Shown here: positions 25,431 through 52,399 of the stretch, piece by piece
How the letters are laid out: every line of letters begins with the position of its first letter
How positions within the stretch are numbered: the first letter of the stretch is position 1
NCBI RefSeq assembly: GCF_009914755.1
Contig: NC_060943.1
DNA: 64,000 bases
Reading direction: 5' to 3' (one strand)
From: the human T2T-CHM13v2.0 reference genome, Homo sapiens
Translations under genes and position numbers: made by a program
The notes under the pieces: model-generated
Databases searched by the model: none
The model's input: the letters and a program-made list of their open reading frames with translations, nothing else
What the model was told of the DNA's origin: nothing

Positions 25431-26074
25431 ATTAATCTTGGGGTGGTGGTGAGGAGAGAAGAGACGGGCTAGGTGGGGATCAACCCTGGAAAGATGATCA
25501 GAGGGGAAGAAGCTCAATGCCCAAAGAAATAGAGAAGGGGCAGTCAGAGAGGTGGGAGGGCGACCACATAGGAACACTAAGGAAACGGGGGTTGGAGCTG
25601 CACCTGGGCTGAGGCTGAGTCTGTCTTGGACTTTTCTGGATCCTGGGCTCCACAATGAAGCCAACCACAGCAGGATGGAGATTGGCGGGCAGTGCTGGGG
25701 AGACCCAGGCAGCTACCCACCCGCCGCTTGCAGAAGAAATGCTAATGAAGCCAAAAATAAATGCAGTACCAGCGAGTGACTGAGTCACCGCCAGTCCGTG
25801 GGCAGGTGTCAGCAGCGCGGGGCACCTGGCGGGGCTCATGTGTCCCGCCGCCTGGCAGCCTTGTGCGTGTGCACACACGTGCAGGGCCGTCGTCCAGCCA
25901 CAGGCCCTGCCATCCACAAGCCCGTTTGCCATCCATGGGGCCACCCCAGGGACAGGCCTCAGCTACCGCAGGAGGGCCAGCTGCTACCTTCATTCCGTTA
26001 GCAAGCAATTACTGAGTGCCTATTCTGTCCCAGACCATATGTTGAAACCAAATCCCCTCTCCTCTGAAAACTGA

Positions 26075-26245
26075 CGTCCTAGAGCAACATTCTAGAACTT
26101 TCCCAGGGATGGAAATGTTCTCTATCCACGCTAATTTGAAAAATGGCTAGGACAACTGAGGGACGACGTTTTTACTTTTATTTCACTTTAATTGATTTAA
26201 GCGTGAATATCTATATGTGGCTGCCATATGGAACACCAGTGCTCT
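26075..26245. mobile_element. MER3-like hAT-Charlie DNA transposon relic
   Basis: TAGAACTTTCC..GATGGAAATGTTCT ... AT-rich core ... ATGTGGCTGCCATATGGAAC resembles the MER3 consensus as I recall it. Confidence 0.6.
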
Positions 26246-26295
26246 AGGGAAAGATACAGACAAGAAACGATTGTTCTAATAAAAAAAGTAAAGTA

Positions 26296-26684
<389 letters not shown>

Positions 26685-27231
26685 TAATTTAATTTTTCAA
26701 AAAATTTAATTCCACTGGGCAGTGGAATGGTCAGATGCTGCCCTGACAGGATCTGGGTTGGCTGGAGCAGGATGAGGATTTTTTTTTTCAGTCTGTCACC
26801 CAGGCTAGAACCTATGTCCACTCCTGTGCCCCAATTCATGAGAAGCACAGTGATGAGCAGGGTGTGCCCAAAGGAGGGGAAGGACACTGAAGTCAGGGAG
26901 GACACTGAAGCCCATGTTCTGGGAGAAGACATTCTACGAGGTCCTTCAGGCAGCCCTGGTCTCTGGGAGCCCCATTCCAGTTCAGTCTGAGGAAGGACTT
27001 TGCTACAGGCAGGAAAGTCCCCAGATGCTTTGGGGCAGTTTCTGGAAGCAGTAAACTCCTCGTAACAGGGGTCATATGGGAGGGAGTTGGTGACCGCTGG
27101 TTGGGGAAGTTATAAAGAGGGCTCCATAGAGAGGGTTTGATTAGAGTGGTTTGGGGGCCTGGGGTCTTGATTCCAGGAAGGCAAAAGATCTGTGGCCTGA
27201 CTCTTCCCCACACTACCCATCCATCCTGCAG

Positions 27232-27348
27232 TGCACTCAGATCCCTGTGAGAACAACCCTTGTCTTCATGGAGGGACATGTAATGCCAATGGCACCATGT
27301 ATGGCTGTAGCTGTGATCAGGGCTTCGCCGGGGAGAACTGTGAGATTG
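27232..27348 (+). CDS. NCAN: NCAN exon 9, EGF-like 1
   Basis: [17 protein letters not shown]...GENCEI; 117 nt, phase 1-1. Confidence 0.97.
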
Positions 27349-28425
27349 GTGAGTACCCCAGACTCAGGATCTGAATCTGAATTTGTTTGACTCCAGAGCC
27401 TTGGGTTGTACTCCAGCAGCCATGCCCTCAGAATTCAGAGATCACAAAAAGCTGGTTTCAGATGCTCCATTCCCAAACCCCACTCCTTGCATTCAGCTAA
27501 ATCAGCCCAGTTAGTGGAACCAGAATCAAACAGCTGAGCTTTCATCTCTGGTGTGCTGTCTCCCATTACTACCAGTCAGAGGTGGGAAGGAAAAGACAAA
27601 GGAATTATATGTCTGAGACTCCTCCCTGCAAAGGCCCTTTGGAGATCCTGCCCTTTCCTGGGTCGGTGGGAGGTATAAGCACTGCCACCAGAACTGTTGG
27701 GTGCTAGCTTCAAAGCCCAACACAAGAAATACTACCAATTATGAAATTACAACAACAAATATAAATGACATAATTTTTTGAGCTCTATGTGTCATCTTGA
27801 CTTCACAACCTTCACAACCACATGACTGATTACAGAATTATAACAATAAATATAAATGATATAATTTCTTGAGCTCTTCTATTGCTTCCCTACTCACAAT
27901 CATCCTTGAGTAGGAGCCCATTATTATTACCATTTTCAAAAAAAGTAAGCTGAGTTTCAAGGAGGGGAAGTGACTTGCCCAGTGCCATACGTGCCTCAAG
28001 CACTGTCTACACATGGACCAGTAGAAGAGGAGCTCAATGAATATCTAGCTTTACCCACAAACAGCTTTGTGACTCTGTGCAAGTCTTTGCAAATGCCTAA
28101 AAGAGACTCCAGCTTCAGCATTCTATGAGCCTGTTTTTGAGAGTATAACCTTCACTTCTCTAGAGTCAGGTAGAACAGTCTGCACATCCTGGCTCTCAGC
28201 TGCCCCAGTGGCATCTGCTCTCATTAATGCTAATTTATGTTAATTGTATGAGGTTCCACCCCCTTGCCTGCAGAGTCATTGGGCCATCTGTGCAAACTGT
28301 GACTGCTGCACTTAGGTCCAGGATGGATGGTAGGACCATGACCCCATCTTCTGCTTAGTTTCCTGTGGGGGCTCAGAGCCAAGGGGAAGCTGACCTCTAA
28401 CTCAGTCTCTTCCCCTCTCTGCCAG

Positions 28426-28539
28426 ACATTGATGACTGCCTCTGCAGCCCCTGTGAGAATGGAGGCACCTGTATTGATGAGGTCAATGGCTTTGTCTGCC
28501 TTTGCCTCCCCAGCTATGGGGGCAGCTTTTGTGAGAAAG
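28426..28539 (+). CDS. NCAN: NCAN exon 10, calcium-binding EGF-like 2
   Basis: [27 protein letters not shown]...CEK; 114 nt. Confidence 0.97.
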
Positions 28540-28649
28540 GTGAGTTTCTATTGCAACACCAGAAACAGTACCAAGAGTGGGGTTGGGTGCCCAGCCACAG
28601 GCTTCCCCACATACTCCAGGTCCCTGCCTCCAGTTCCATGGCTGTGAGC

Positions 28650-31671
<3,022 letters not shown>

Positions 31672-31695
31672 TCACGCTCCTATCCCATCTCCCAG

Positions 31696-31854
31696 ACACC
31701 GAGGGCTGTGACCGCGGCTGGCATAAGTTCCAGGGCCACTGTTACCGCTATTTTGCCCACCGGAGGGCATGGGAAGATGCCGAGAAGGACTGCCGCCGCC
31801 GCTCCGGCCACCTGACCAGCGTCCACTCACCGGAGGAACACAGCTTCATTAATA
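31696..31854 (+). CDS. NCAN: NCAN exon 11, C-type lectin part 1
   Basis: [20 protein letters not shown]...EEHSFIN; 159 nt. Confidence 0.97.
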
Positions 31855-32789
31855 GTAGGGGCTCTGGGGAGGGGGCCACCTGCCTGGAGGGTGGGCAGGG
31901 GTGGCACTTGTAGCCCTTTTGCCAGGGCATCGCATCCCTCCCCTGGTTTTCAAGACGTCATCTTTCCAAAGCTGTGTTCATTAACGCAAGCCCTGACTGC
32001 TTCTTAATGCATGAAATCTGTCAATTCACTTGTTAATTCATACATTCACTTCATTCATTCATTCACCAAATATTTACTGAGCACCTGCTATATGCCAGGC
32101 ACCATTCCAGGAATATTGACACAGCACAGCAGCAATCAAGGCTGACTTTGCTTTGTCCCCAGGGAGTGACCATTTCTTGGGGAGGATATAGACAAACAAG
32201 TAAATATCTAAGTAAATAAGTCTATACTGTAATTCAACAGATCCTATGTGTGCTGATAACAAAACAGGGCCAGGAGATGGAGGGTGATGGGAGAAGCACC
32301 TGTAATGTGTTCAAAGACCTAGGAGAGAGACAAGTGTTCCATTCATGTAATCCGGGACTTATTGATTTATTCATTATCCCTCTGCCTTCTGCTCATCCAT
32401 CCATTTATTCTGTTTATTCCGTTTGCCACCATCCCATCCCTCGTGACTCCTTCCTTTCTTCCTTCCCTGATTTGTTTCTTTTTCCTTGATGTATCCCACT
32501 GGGCCTCTCCCTCCTGAGCGACTGGCTCGCGCCTTCTCACCTATCTGCCCGTCCAGCGCCCACTGGCGTCTCCTGTCCCCTACTTCTCATTTCTGCAAAG
32601 ATGCAACAGTGCCTGGGTTTACTCCTGCTTCTCCTGGCCACAAACCCTGGGATAGCCTGGGCCTACTTCCGGTTCTTCCCATGCCTCACCCCCCTAAAAG
32701 AGGGTAGCCAGAGTCCCCACTTGTGGAGGGTGGGGTGAGGATGCACCTCCAGCCTACACTGAGGCTGGGAGAGGGGTTCATGCCTGCCC

Positions 32790-33660
32790 CCTACCCTCCT
32801 CCTCCTTCCTTTCCCTCCTACCTCCCCATCTTCCCTCCCACTCCTCCCCCTCCTCCTTCTATACCTCTTCCTCCCTCTTCCCCATCCTCCCTCCCCCTCC
32901 TCTCCCTCCTCCTTCCATTCTTTCTCCTCCTCCCTCCTACTCCTCCCCTTCTCCCTCCTCTCCTCCCCTTCCTCCTTCCACTCATCTTCCACCTCCTTTC
33001 TCCTCTCCATCCTCCCTCCCCTCCTCCCTCTCCTCCTCCCATTCCTCCTCTTCCTCTCTCCTCTCCTCCCCCTTCCCTCCCCCTCCTCCTTCCACTCATC
33101 TTCTTCCTCCTTTCTGCTCCTCATCCTGCCTCTCCCTCCTCCCATTCATCCCCTCCTCCCTCCTGCTCCTCCCCAGGCCTCCTCCCTTCTACTCCTCCTC
33201 CTTCTCCTTCCTCTTCCCCTTGCTCTTCCTCCTCCCTTCCACTCCTCCTCTTTTCTCCTCCCCATTCATCTCCCACTCTTCCCCCTCCTCCCTCCAACTC
33301 CTCCCCTCCTCCTTCCATTCATCTTTCTCCTCCTTTCTCCTTCCCTTCCTCCTCCCTCTTCTCTCCTTCCTCCCTCCCATTCCTCTGCCTCCTCCTTCCA
33401 CTCATCTTCCTCCTCCTTTCTCTTCCCCATCCTCCCTCCCACTCCTCCCCCTCCTTCTTCCACTGATCTTTCTCCTCCTTTCTCCTCCCCCTCCTCCTCC
33501 CATTCCCCCCTCCTCCCTCCTGCTCCTCATCCTCCCTTCCATTCCTCCTCCCTCCTCCCCATCCTTCTTCCCACTCCTGCCCCTCCTCCCTTTCACTCCT
33601 CCTCCTTTTTCCTCCCCCTCATCTCTCTCCTTCTCCCTTCCTTCCCCCTTCCCTTCTCCA
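32790..33660. repeat. About 870-bp C/T-rich polypyrimidine low-complexity tract with internal degenerate repeats
   Basis: Almost no G on the + strand; recurrent CCTCCTTCCACTCATCTTC motif. Confidence 0.95.
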
Positions 33661-34045
33661 GCTCTTACAGAGGTTAGGGAGGGCATCTGTGTACTCCCTC
33701 ACCTCTGTAAACTTCACTTCTATCTCCTTCCCTCTCCACCTCAACCTCCAGCCCACCTCCAGGCTGGGGAAGGGGCTGAGTCTTCCCCTCCCATACATAC
33801 CTCACCCGGCCCCCAGCCCACAGAGAGGCTGAGGGAGGGGCTCTGGGTCCTCCTCCATCCCTGTACCTGCTTCTTCCCTCTTCATTTCCACCTTCTAGAT
33901 CTTTCCCCCCACCCAGCCCACCTCCAGGCTGGGGAAGGTGAGGAATTCTTTCCTCCCACACCCTACCCCACCTCACCTGCAGCCTGTGCCCTGGGCCAGG
34001 AGAGGCATGGGTGAACACCCAGACCCACAACCCCCGACCCTGCAG

Positions 34046-34128
34046 GCTTTGGGCATGAAAACACATGGATCGGCCTGAACGACAGGATCGTGGAGAGAGA
34101 TTTCCAGTGGACGGACAACACCGGGCTG
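34046..34128 (+). CDS. NCAN: NCAN exon 12, C-type lectin part 2
   Basis: [27 protein letters not shown]; 83 nt. Confidence 0.97.
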
Positions 34129-34435
34129 GTGAGTGGCAGGGGCTGCGGGCCTAGGCTGCTGAGCCACATCAGCCCTGCCATCTGGCCTCAGTTTACCCTT
34201 TTGTGCAAAGTTATCGCAATTGGGTGTCAGAGGTCTCTAGTGGCTCCAAGATGCTGGAGTTGGCAAAGGAGCTTCAAGTGAAGGCTAAACCTTCTCCCCT
34301 GACTTCCCCAGCCCAAGTAAACAGACCGCGCCCACGAAGCTGCAGAGGTTACAAACCTGAGACTAGGGTCTGATGCCTCCCCTACTCACTCTGCCTGGTC
34401 CCCCAGCCATGGTCTCTCAAATATTCTCATTTCTA

Positions 34436-38460
<4,025 letters not shown>

Positions 38461-38733
38461 TGTCCCACCACTTATCTAACACTGATTCATGTTGAAAATG
38501 AACTGGGTGCGGCCGGGCACCCAGGGAGGCAGGAGGACCAGGGAGGAGAATGCTGCAGCCTCCAAACCAGAGGAATGGTGTATTGGATTACAGTGGTGGC
38601 CCCCGTCAGGATGGGCAGGACAGTGGCCATTGTAGAGATGGGAACACTGAATCCCTGTGAGTTTGAGGGGTCTGGCCAGGGGAGTCCCACAGCAGGAATT
38701 GCCAGAACCTGGGCTGGAACAGAGGTCCCCTGA

Positions 38734-43114
<4,381 letters not shown>

Positions 43115-43213
43115 TCTTTCCTCTACTTTCTCTCCCAAGGACACCCGCTGCATCAGGCCACCTGCCTCTCACCACCTTTTGTCCCTTCCCTGTCCTCCCT
43201 CACTTCCCTGCAG

Positions 43214-43359
43214 CCAGACGTTCACATCGGATGCGGCGACACCACCACCACCACCAACACCACCACCAGCATCACCACCACAAATCCCGCAAGGAGCGCA
43301 GAAAACACAAGAAACACCCAACGGAGGACTGGGAGAAGGACGAAGGGAATTTCTGCTGA
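43214..43359 (+). CDS. NCAN: NCAN exon 15 coding part, His-rich basic tail ending EGNFC*
   Basis: cag|CCAGACGT...; [35 protein letters not shown]...; TGA at 43357-43359. Confidence 0.96.
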
Positions 43360-45659
43360 AGAACCAGAAAAAAGAAAGCACAACACCTTTCCCATGCCTC
43401 CTCTGGAGCCTTCGCCTGGGGAGACAGAACCCAGAGAGAAACAAGAGAGTCCAGAAGTCCCTGAACCCCAAACCACATCCCCCACACACATAATCCTTTG
43501 TACAAAGCTCCTCTTTTCCCTTTTTTTACATACACAAGATCCTCTTGGCAGGTGGAGCCAGGTGTCTGAAAAGTTCATTCTCGTCTGGCTGAACTCTGGG
43601 AGTGTGTCCCAGCTGAGGGAAGCACAAGTAGCAAAGCTCATTGGTCTGGTCTCTTGTTTGCCAGGCTGATTGAAGCAGGCCTTGATGAGGGTGCATGAGT
43701 GTATGTTTGCATTCACATGAAGGAATTGCTTTTCACACCAGAAATTCAGACTTAGTCAATGTTGGCTGAATTCCTAAATCCAGGAAGAAGCCTGGACGTA
43801 GGGTCATTAGCTTTGGGAATAGAAGGCTACACAGAAGCACACTGTTTTTGAACTTGACAACAGCTCTCCCTTTACCCTGGACTTCAGCCCAAGTTCCGTC
43901 TTTGGTCTTGGTGGATAAACACACAGTGTGGAGATCCCACGTACTGCATTTTAGGGATGTTTTTAGGACAACCTCCCTCCATGCCTTCAGAGTTAGGAGT
44001 GAGAATGATCAAAGCAATATGTAGGTGATGGAGGGAGAGTGTATTGCTAACCCTTCCAGGTCTAGTCCAGCGCTGAGATTTGGTGGTTCTGCATGTGTGA
44101 TGAATCTCTTTCACACAAATAGACGAGAGGATATTTAGGGCTAGATGAGCCCAGATTTCTTCCCCCTCCATCTCTCAGGGAGACAAAGAACCTCCTTCCT
44201 GGACCAAGGAGGTGCTGCCAAGTTTTCTAGCCCAGTGCACATACCCAGTCCTTAAGCAGACATTGGTAGTGCCCCTGCCCTGGGTCCCACTCCTGCCCCA
44301 CCCCACCCTTGTCCCTGGCCATTGCCTGGTGGTCTAGAAACACTTAAAACTTGAAGTAGTGACACCTACCTGCGGTCATATTGTAGAGAGATGCTCAGTG
44401 TTAAAACTGAAACACACAAACACACACACACACACATTTTTCTCTTGTAGATTTTAATTTTTTAAGTGGGAAAGAACTCACCTTGCCTTCCTCCCCCAAA
44501 TGTGCAACCTGTAAAAGGTCTCTCCACACCAGGGGCCAGGATCCAGTTCCCTCATCTCTGGCAGGAAAGATCCACAGCTTTTCCTCCATGTCTGTTACTC
44601 ACTTTCAGCAGTCCGGGTAAAATCTGTGGATCAGGGTTAAAAAAGCACCGTGGAGAATGGCCCTCTTCAGGAAAGAAAAATAAGCAAATGAATGGTCCAC
44701 CTAGGGGTTCAGTAAAGAAAGAAATGTGTTAACTGAGCCTGAATCCCTTCTGGGAAGTAATAATGACCATTGACAACTAAGAAGTAGACACCATGCTAAA
44801 GACTTACATACAATCTCCTTGAATCTTCTCAATAGCCCATTGACTTAGAAACTGTTACTTTCCCATTTTACACACAGTGAAACTGAGGCTCAGATATAAA
44901 GGAAAGGTACTGGCTTGAAGTCACAACCACGACAGGAGTAAGGATTTGGAATAAGGATTTGGTCCTGTTTTCTGGACCAAATCCTTACTCTGGCTCTGCT
45001 TACACTTTCTCTCCATCACCAAATCCTTACTCCAAATCCAGAAGTCAGAGCCAACTCCCATCTTGGTTCTGACCCAAATCCTGCTCTGGACTCTGGAGAG
45101 GAGATTGAAATATAATTGCACCCTCATACACATTTAGGAAATGGTTAAGAAGTGTAAACTGAACCCTTATCCTTGTCTTCAATCTTCCTCCCTGTAGACA
45201 TCTATCTTATTATGGTTATTATTCAGAAAACCCAGGGATACAGGTTTGTCTTCTTACTTTGATAACTCTTCTTAGTTTAAAATAATAATAATAACACATC
45301 TTTGGTCATCTATGTCACACAAAAATTTTCCTTTGTTTGCGGGGGGCTGGGGATGCAGTGTTTTTTGGGGGGTCTTGGTTTATGCTCCCTGCCCTTGAGC
45401 CCCTCAGCCGTTTGCCCTGCCCCCACCTCGGCTCCATGGTGGGAGGGGGCTCTGGTCTTTTCTAAAGTGGGCGGTTTGTCTTTTGATCTTTCCCTTTTGG
45501 ATGTGCGTGTGTGTCTGCGTGTGCCATGTGCGTGGCACGCATATGAGTGTGTGTGCGTGTGAACGGCTTTGGGTCCTGCTGGTTTTGCTGTGAGCTGCAG
45601 TGTTCTGTGGGTCTGTGGTATCTGACACTGTGGACATTAATGTACTTCTTGGACATTTT

Positions 45660-45665
45660 AATAAA
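45660..45665 (+). terminator. NCAN: NCAN poly(A) signal AATAAA (3' UTR about 2.3 kb)
   Basis: AATAAA after a long Alu-free UTR with an upstream UGUA; repeat-derived intergenic sequence begins right after. Confidence 0.8.
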
Positions 45666-45951
45666 TTTTTTAACAGTTCAACCTGCCCGTCACCACCTGA
45701 TACCTTCATTCATTCATTCATTCAGCAAGTATTTACCCGAGCAGCTATTGTGATCCATGTACTGTACTGGGTGCTGGGGAGATAGTGGTGAACAGAGAAG
45801 GTTTGGTCTTTAGTGGGTAGTCACAGAAGGCTTCCCCGAGGAGGGGAATGGAATCTAAAGAAGAAGTCGCATTAACTAGATGAGGAGAGAAAGAAAGGAA
45901 AGGCATTCCACTCAGAGGAAAGAGTGAAAGCAAAAGTCTTCTTGCAGAAGG

Positions 45952-49071
<3,120 letters not shown>

Positions 49072-49118
49072 TTACCCACTGGCTGCCTCATTTTCTCATT
49101 CATCAAAAGAAACAAGGA

Positions 49119-49124
49119 TTTATT
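49119..49124 (-). terminator. HAPLN4: Probable HAPLN4 poly(A) signal (AATAAA on minus), inside an L2 3'-end relic
   Basis: TTTATT within ATTTATTGAGCCCCTACTGTATGCTTGGCAC, a typical L2 tail; first AATAAA I find downstream of the stop codon. Confidence 0.65.
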
Positions 49125-51266
49125 GAGCCCCTACTGTATGCTTGGCACTCACGGGGACCACAGAACAGCCCTGGTACAGTGGGAGAACACAGGTTCAGAA
49201 GGAGTTTGTCACTTGGTCACACAGTGAGCAAGAAGAGGCAGAATTCAAACCCAAACCGACCTGGTCCCAAAACTCAGAGATAGGTTTCCTAGAGATGACG
49301 TGACAGTAAAGAGGGCCCCAGGGGGACCCCAGTACTCCTGCAGGCAAGACTTCGGGACTGGGGTCTCCCACGGCCGGGATGGCCTTGTCCATGGATCATG
49401 TCCCCCCAGCTGCCTGTCAACGCCGAGGACTTCGGCTGGGTCCTGACCTCTTAGCACAGATCGCCGCTTAGAGCCTGGTGGGTGTTGAATTTTAAAGAAC
49501 ATTCCATCCCTCCTGGATCTCTAAGGAGGGAAATGTGGGTGGGGGTCAGGGAAGGAGAGAGGAACTGGGTGAGAATGGAGATGGGGTCTCAGAGGACAAA
49601 AGAGGAGCTCAGTGCTTGCATATCTCAACAGACCAGGGCACGCCATAGGCTCGGTTTCCTCATTTGTAGGACGACGACAAACATGCCCGGGTGTTGCAAG
49701 ATTGTCTCGTGCACAGCTGCTATCCGGCATAGAGTTAACGTGCAAACGGAGGGTGGCTTAGCAGCTCCAGAAGTCCAGCCCTGTCTGGGGAAGGGGCAGC
49801 CATCAGGCCCCTGATGGGGTGCAGTAGGGTAGCCCTAGTAGGAGGCACCCAGGACTTCTGGCCCACAATGAGAAGTTCCTGAGAACTGGAAGTCTGGTTG
49901 TCATGAGGACAACGTTGACAGTCTCTATGGCAACAGCTTGGTGAACAGGGCCCCGTTGTCCACAAGGAAAAGCCTAGGGGGACAGGTGTTCTGTTACCTC
50001 GGACTCCAGAGTTTGGTCACCATGGCAACAGTGGTGGGGTCCAAACCGCCTGGGGGTGGAGCATGGAGGGTGGTCTGGAACTGGAGTGGGCCTGGGGACA
50101 GGGACAGTTTGTTTCCATGGTGAGAGCCGGAGAACTGGATGTTGGGTCACCCTGGCGACAGCTTCGGGGAGGGTGATCTCCATGGCGGTGAGTCAGGGTA
50201 GGGACAGCCAGAAGTTGAGGTGGAGGTCTCTGGGGTGGGGGCCAATGAGATGAGAAATGTGTGGTATCCATGGTTACAGCTGGAGGAGGGAGGCACTGTC
50301 TTCATGGGTGTGCCTGATGAGGGAAGGGGTGTGTGACTCTAGGTGACAGGTAGCAGCAGGACTGGTTGCCTTGGTGACAGTGGGACCCAAGGCAACTGCT
50401 CTGCATAACTAGTGACATGGATCTTACCGGTCCCCAGGCCTGGGAAGATAGTCTGTTTGGTGACAGTTGGGAAAGGGACGTCAGAGGACAGGGTGGGTTT
50501 GCTCTCCCTTCAAAGAAATATCTGAGGGGTGGGACGTGGCCCCCAGTAAGTGAGCCAGCTGGCTGTGTGTCAGTCTGAGGTGGCAGATGGGGGTGCTCGC
50601 CCATGAAACTAGAGGGGTGTGCCCTGTTACCCAGAAACTGCAGGGGACTCTCAGGGAGAGGGGGAGAATGGGAGTCTCCAGGACTCAGGTCACCATAAGG
50701 GAAAATAAGCGCCTCGGCCCACAACCTCCATGTGACCACGGGGAGTGACCCTGAAGTTCCTGTAGTCTCTCCAGGTGAGGAGGAGGGGGAGGAGGAGGCG
50801 CCCAGTGTCCCACGTGACCGCAAGGGACTAGTGTTCAGTCTCCAGTGAGATGCAGAAGGTGTACGGCCGGTCTCTAGTCAATCCCGGGGGTCCAGCCACC
50901 AGGCGACCACGGGGGCAGTTGGTCTGTTTCCAAGTGGTCTCAGGAGGCGTGGCCAGTCTTCAGGAGCCTGCGGGTTCTGCTGGCCTCCTGAGGTCCTCAG
51001 GGGGCGTGACCCTCATGGAGAAAGTTGGGGAGTTGGGGGAATCCTCTATCCAGAAGAGGTGAGGGCTGGCCAGGCTCCAGGGAACTCCAAAGTACTGTTC
51101 TGCCAGGACTAGCCAGTCTTCAGGGACCCCAGGGGCACAGTTAGTTTGTAAGGGACCACAGGGAATGTGGCCAGTGTCCAGGGCTTCAAGGGCGTGGCCA
51201 GGCTCCAGGGGACCACAGGGCTCTAGACCAGTGGTCAAGCGCCCTGGCTGTCCGCCTACTCCCAGC

Positions 51267-51683
<417 letters not shown>

Positions 51684-51967
51684 TTATTAGTGCGGCTCCT
51701 GGGACCCTGCTTCGGTGGGATTCAGGACTGCCCCCCGCATGCAGCCTAGGACTCTGGCCTCGGCCCCGGGATCCAGGAACAGTTCCTCCTTTGCAGCCTG
51801 GGACCCCAGCCTAGGCCCAACCAGCGTTGGTACCAGGCGGTGTGTGCTGCGCCTAGGCACTCTTGGGAGAGGGGTCTCCTGTTTCTGATCGCTAAGAGCT
51901 GGGTGGGGAAGAAGGCCCCGGGGTTGGGGTAGTGTTGCAGCAGAGGCCAGTCTTGGGGTGAGGCCTA

Positions 51968-52399
<432 letters not shown>

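Noticed and set aside
32663-34014. Long Pro/Ser/Leu-rich and Glu/Gly/Arg-rich ORFs
   Set aside because: Stop-poor frames of the polypyrimidine tract in intron 11
49890-50640. CRISPR-like array (palindromic repeats with unique spacers)
   Set aside because: Eukaryotic 3' UTR; repeats are only 14 bp, degenerate and irregularly spaced; no cas genes; better read as transcription-factor motifs
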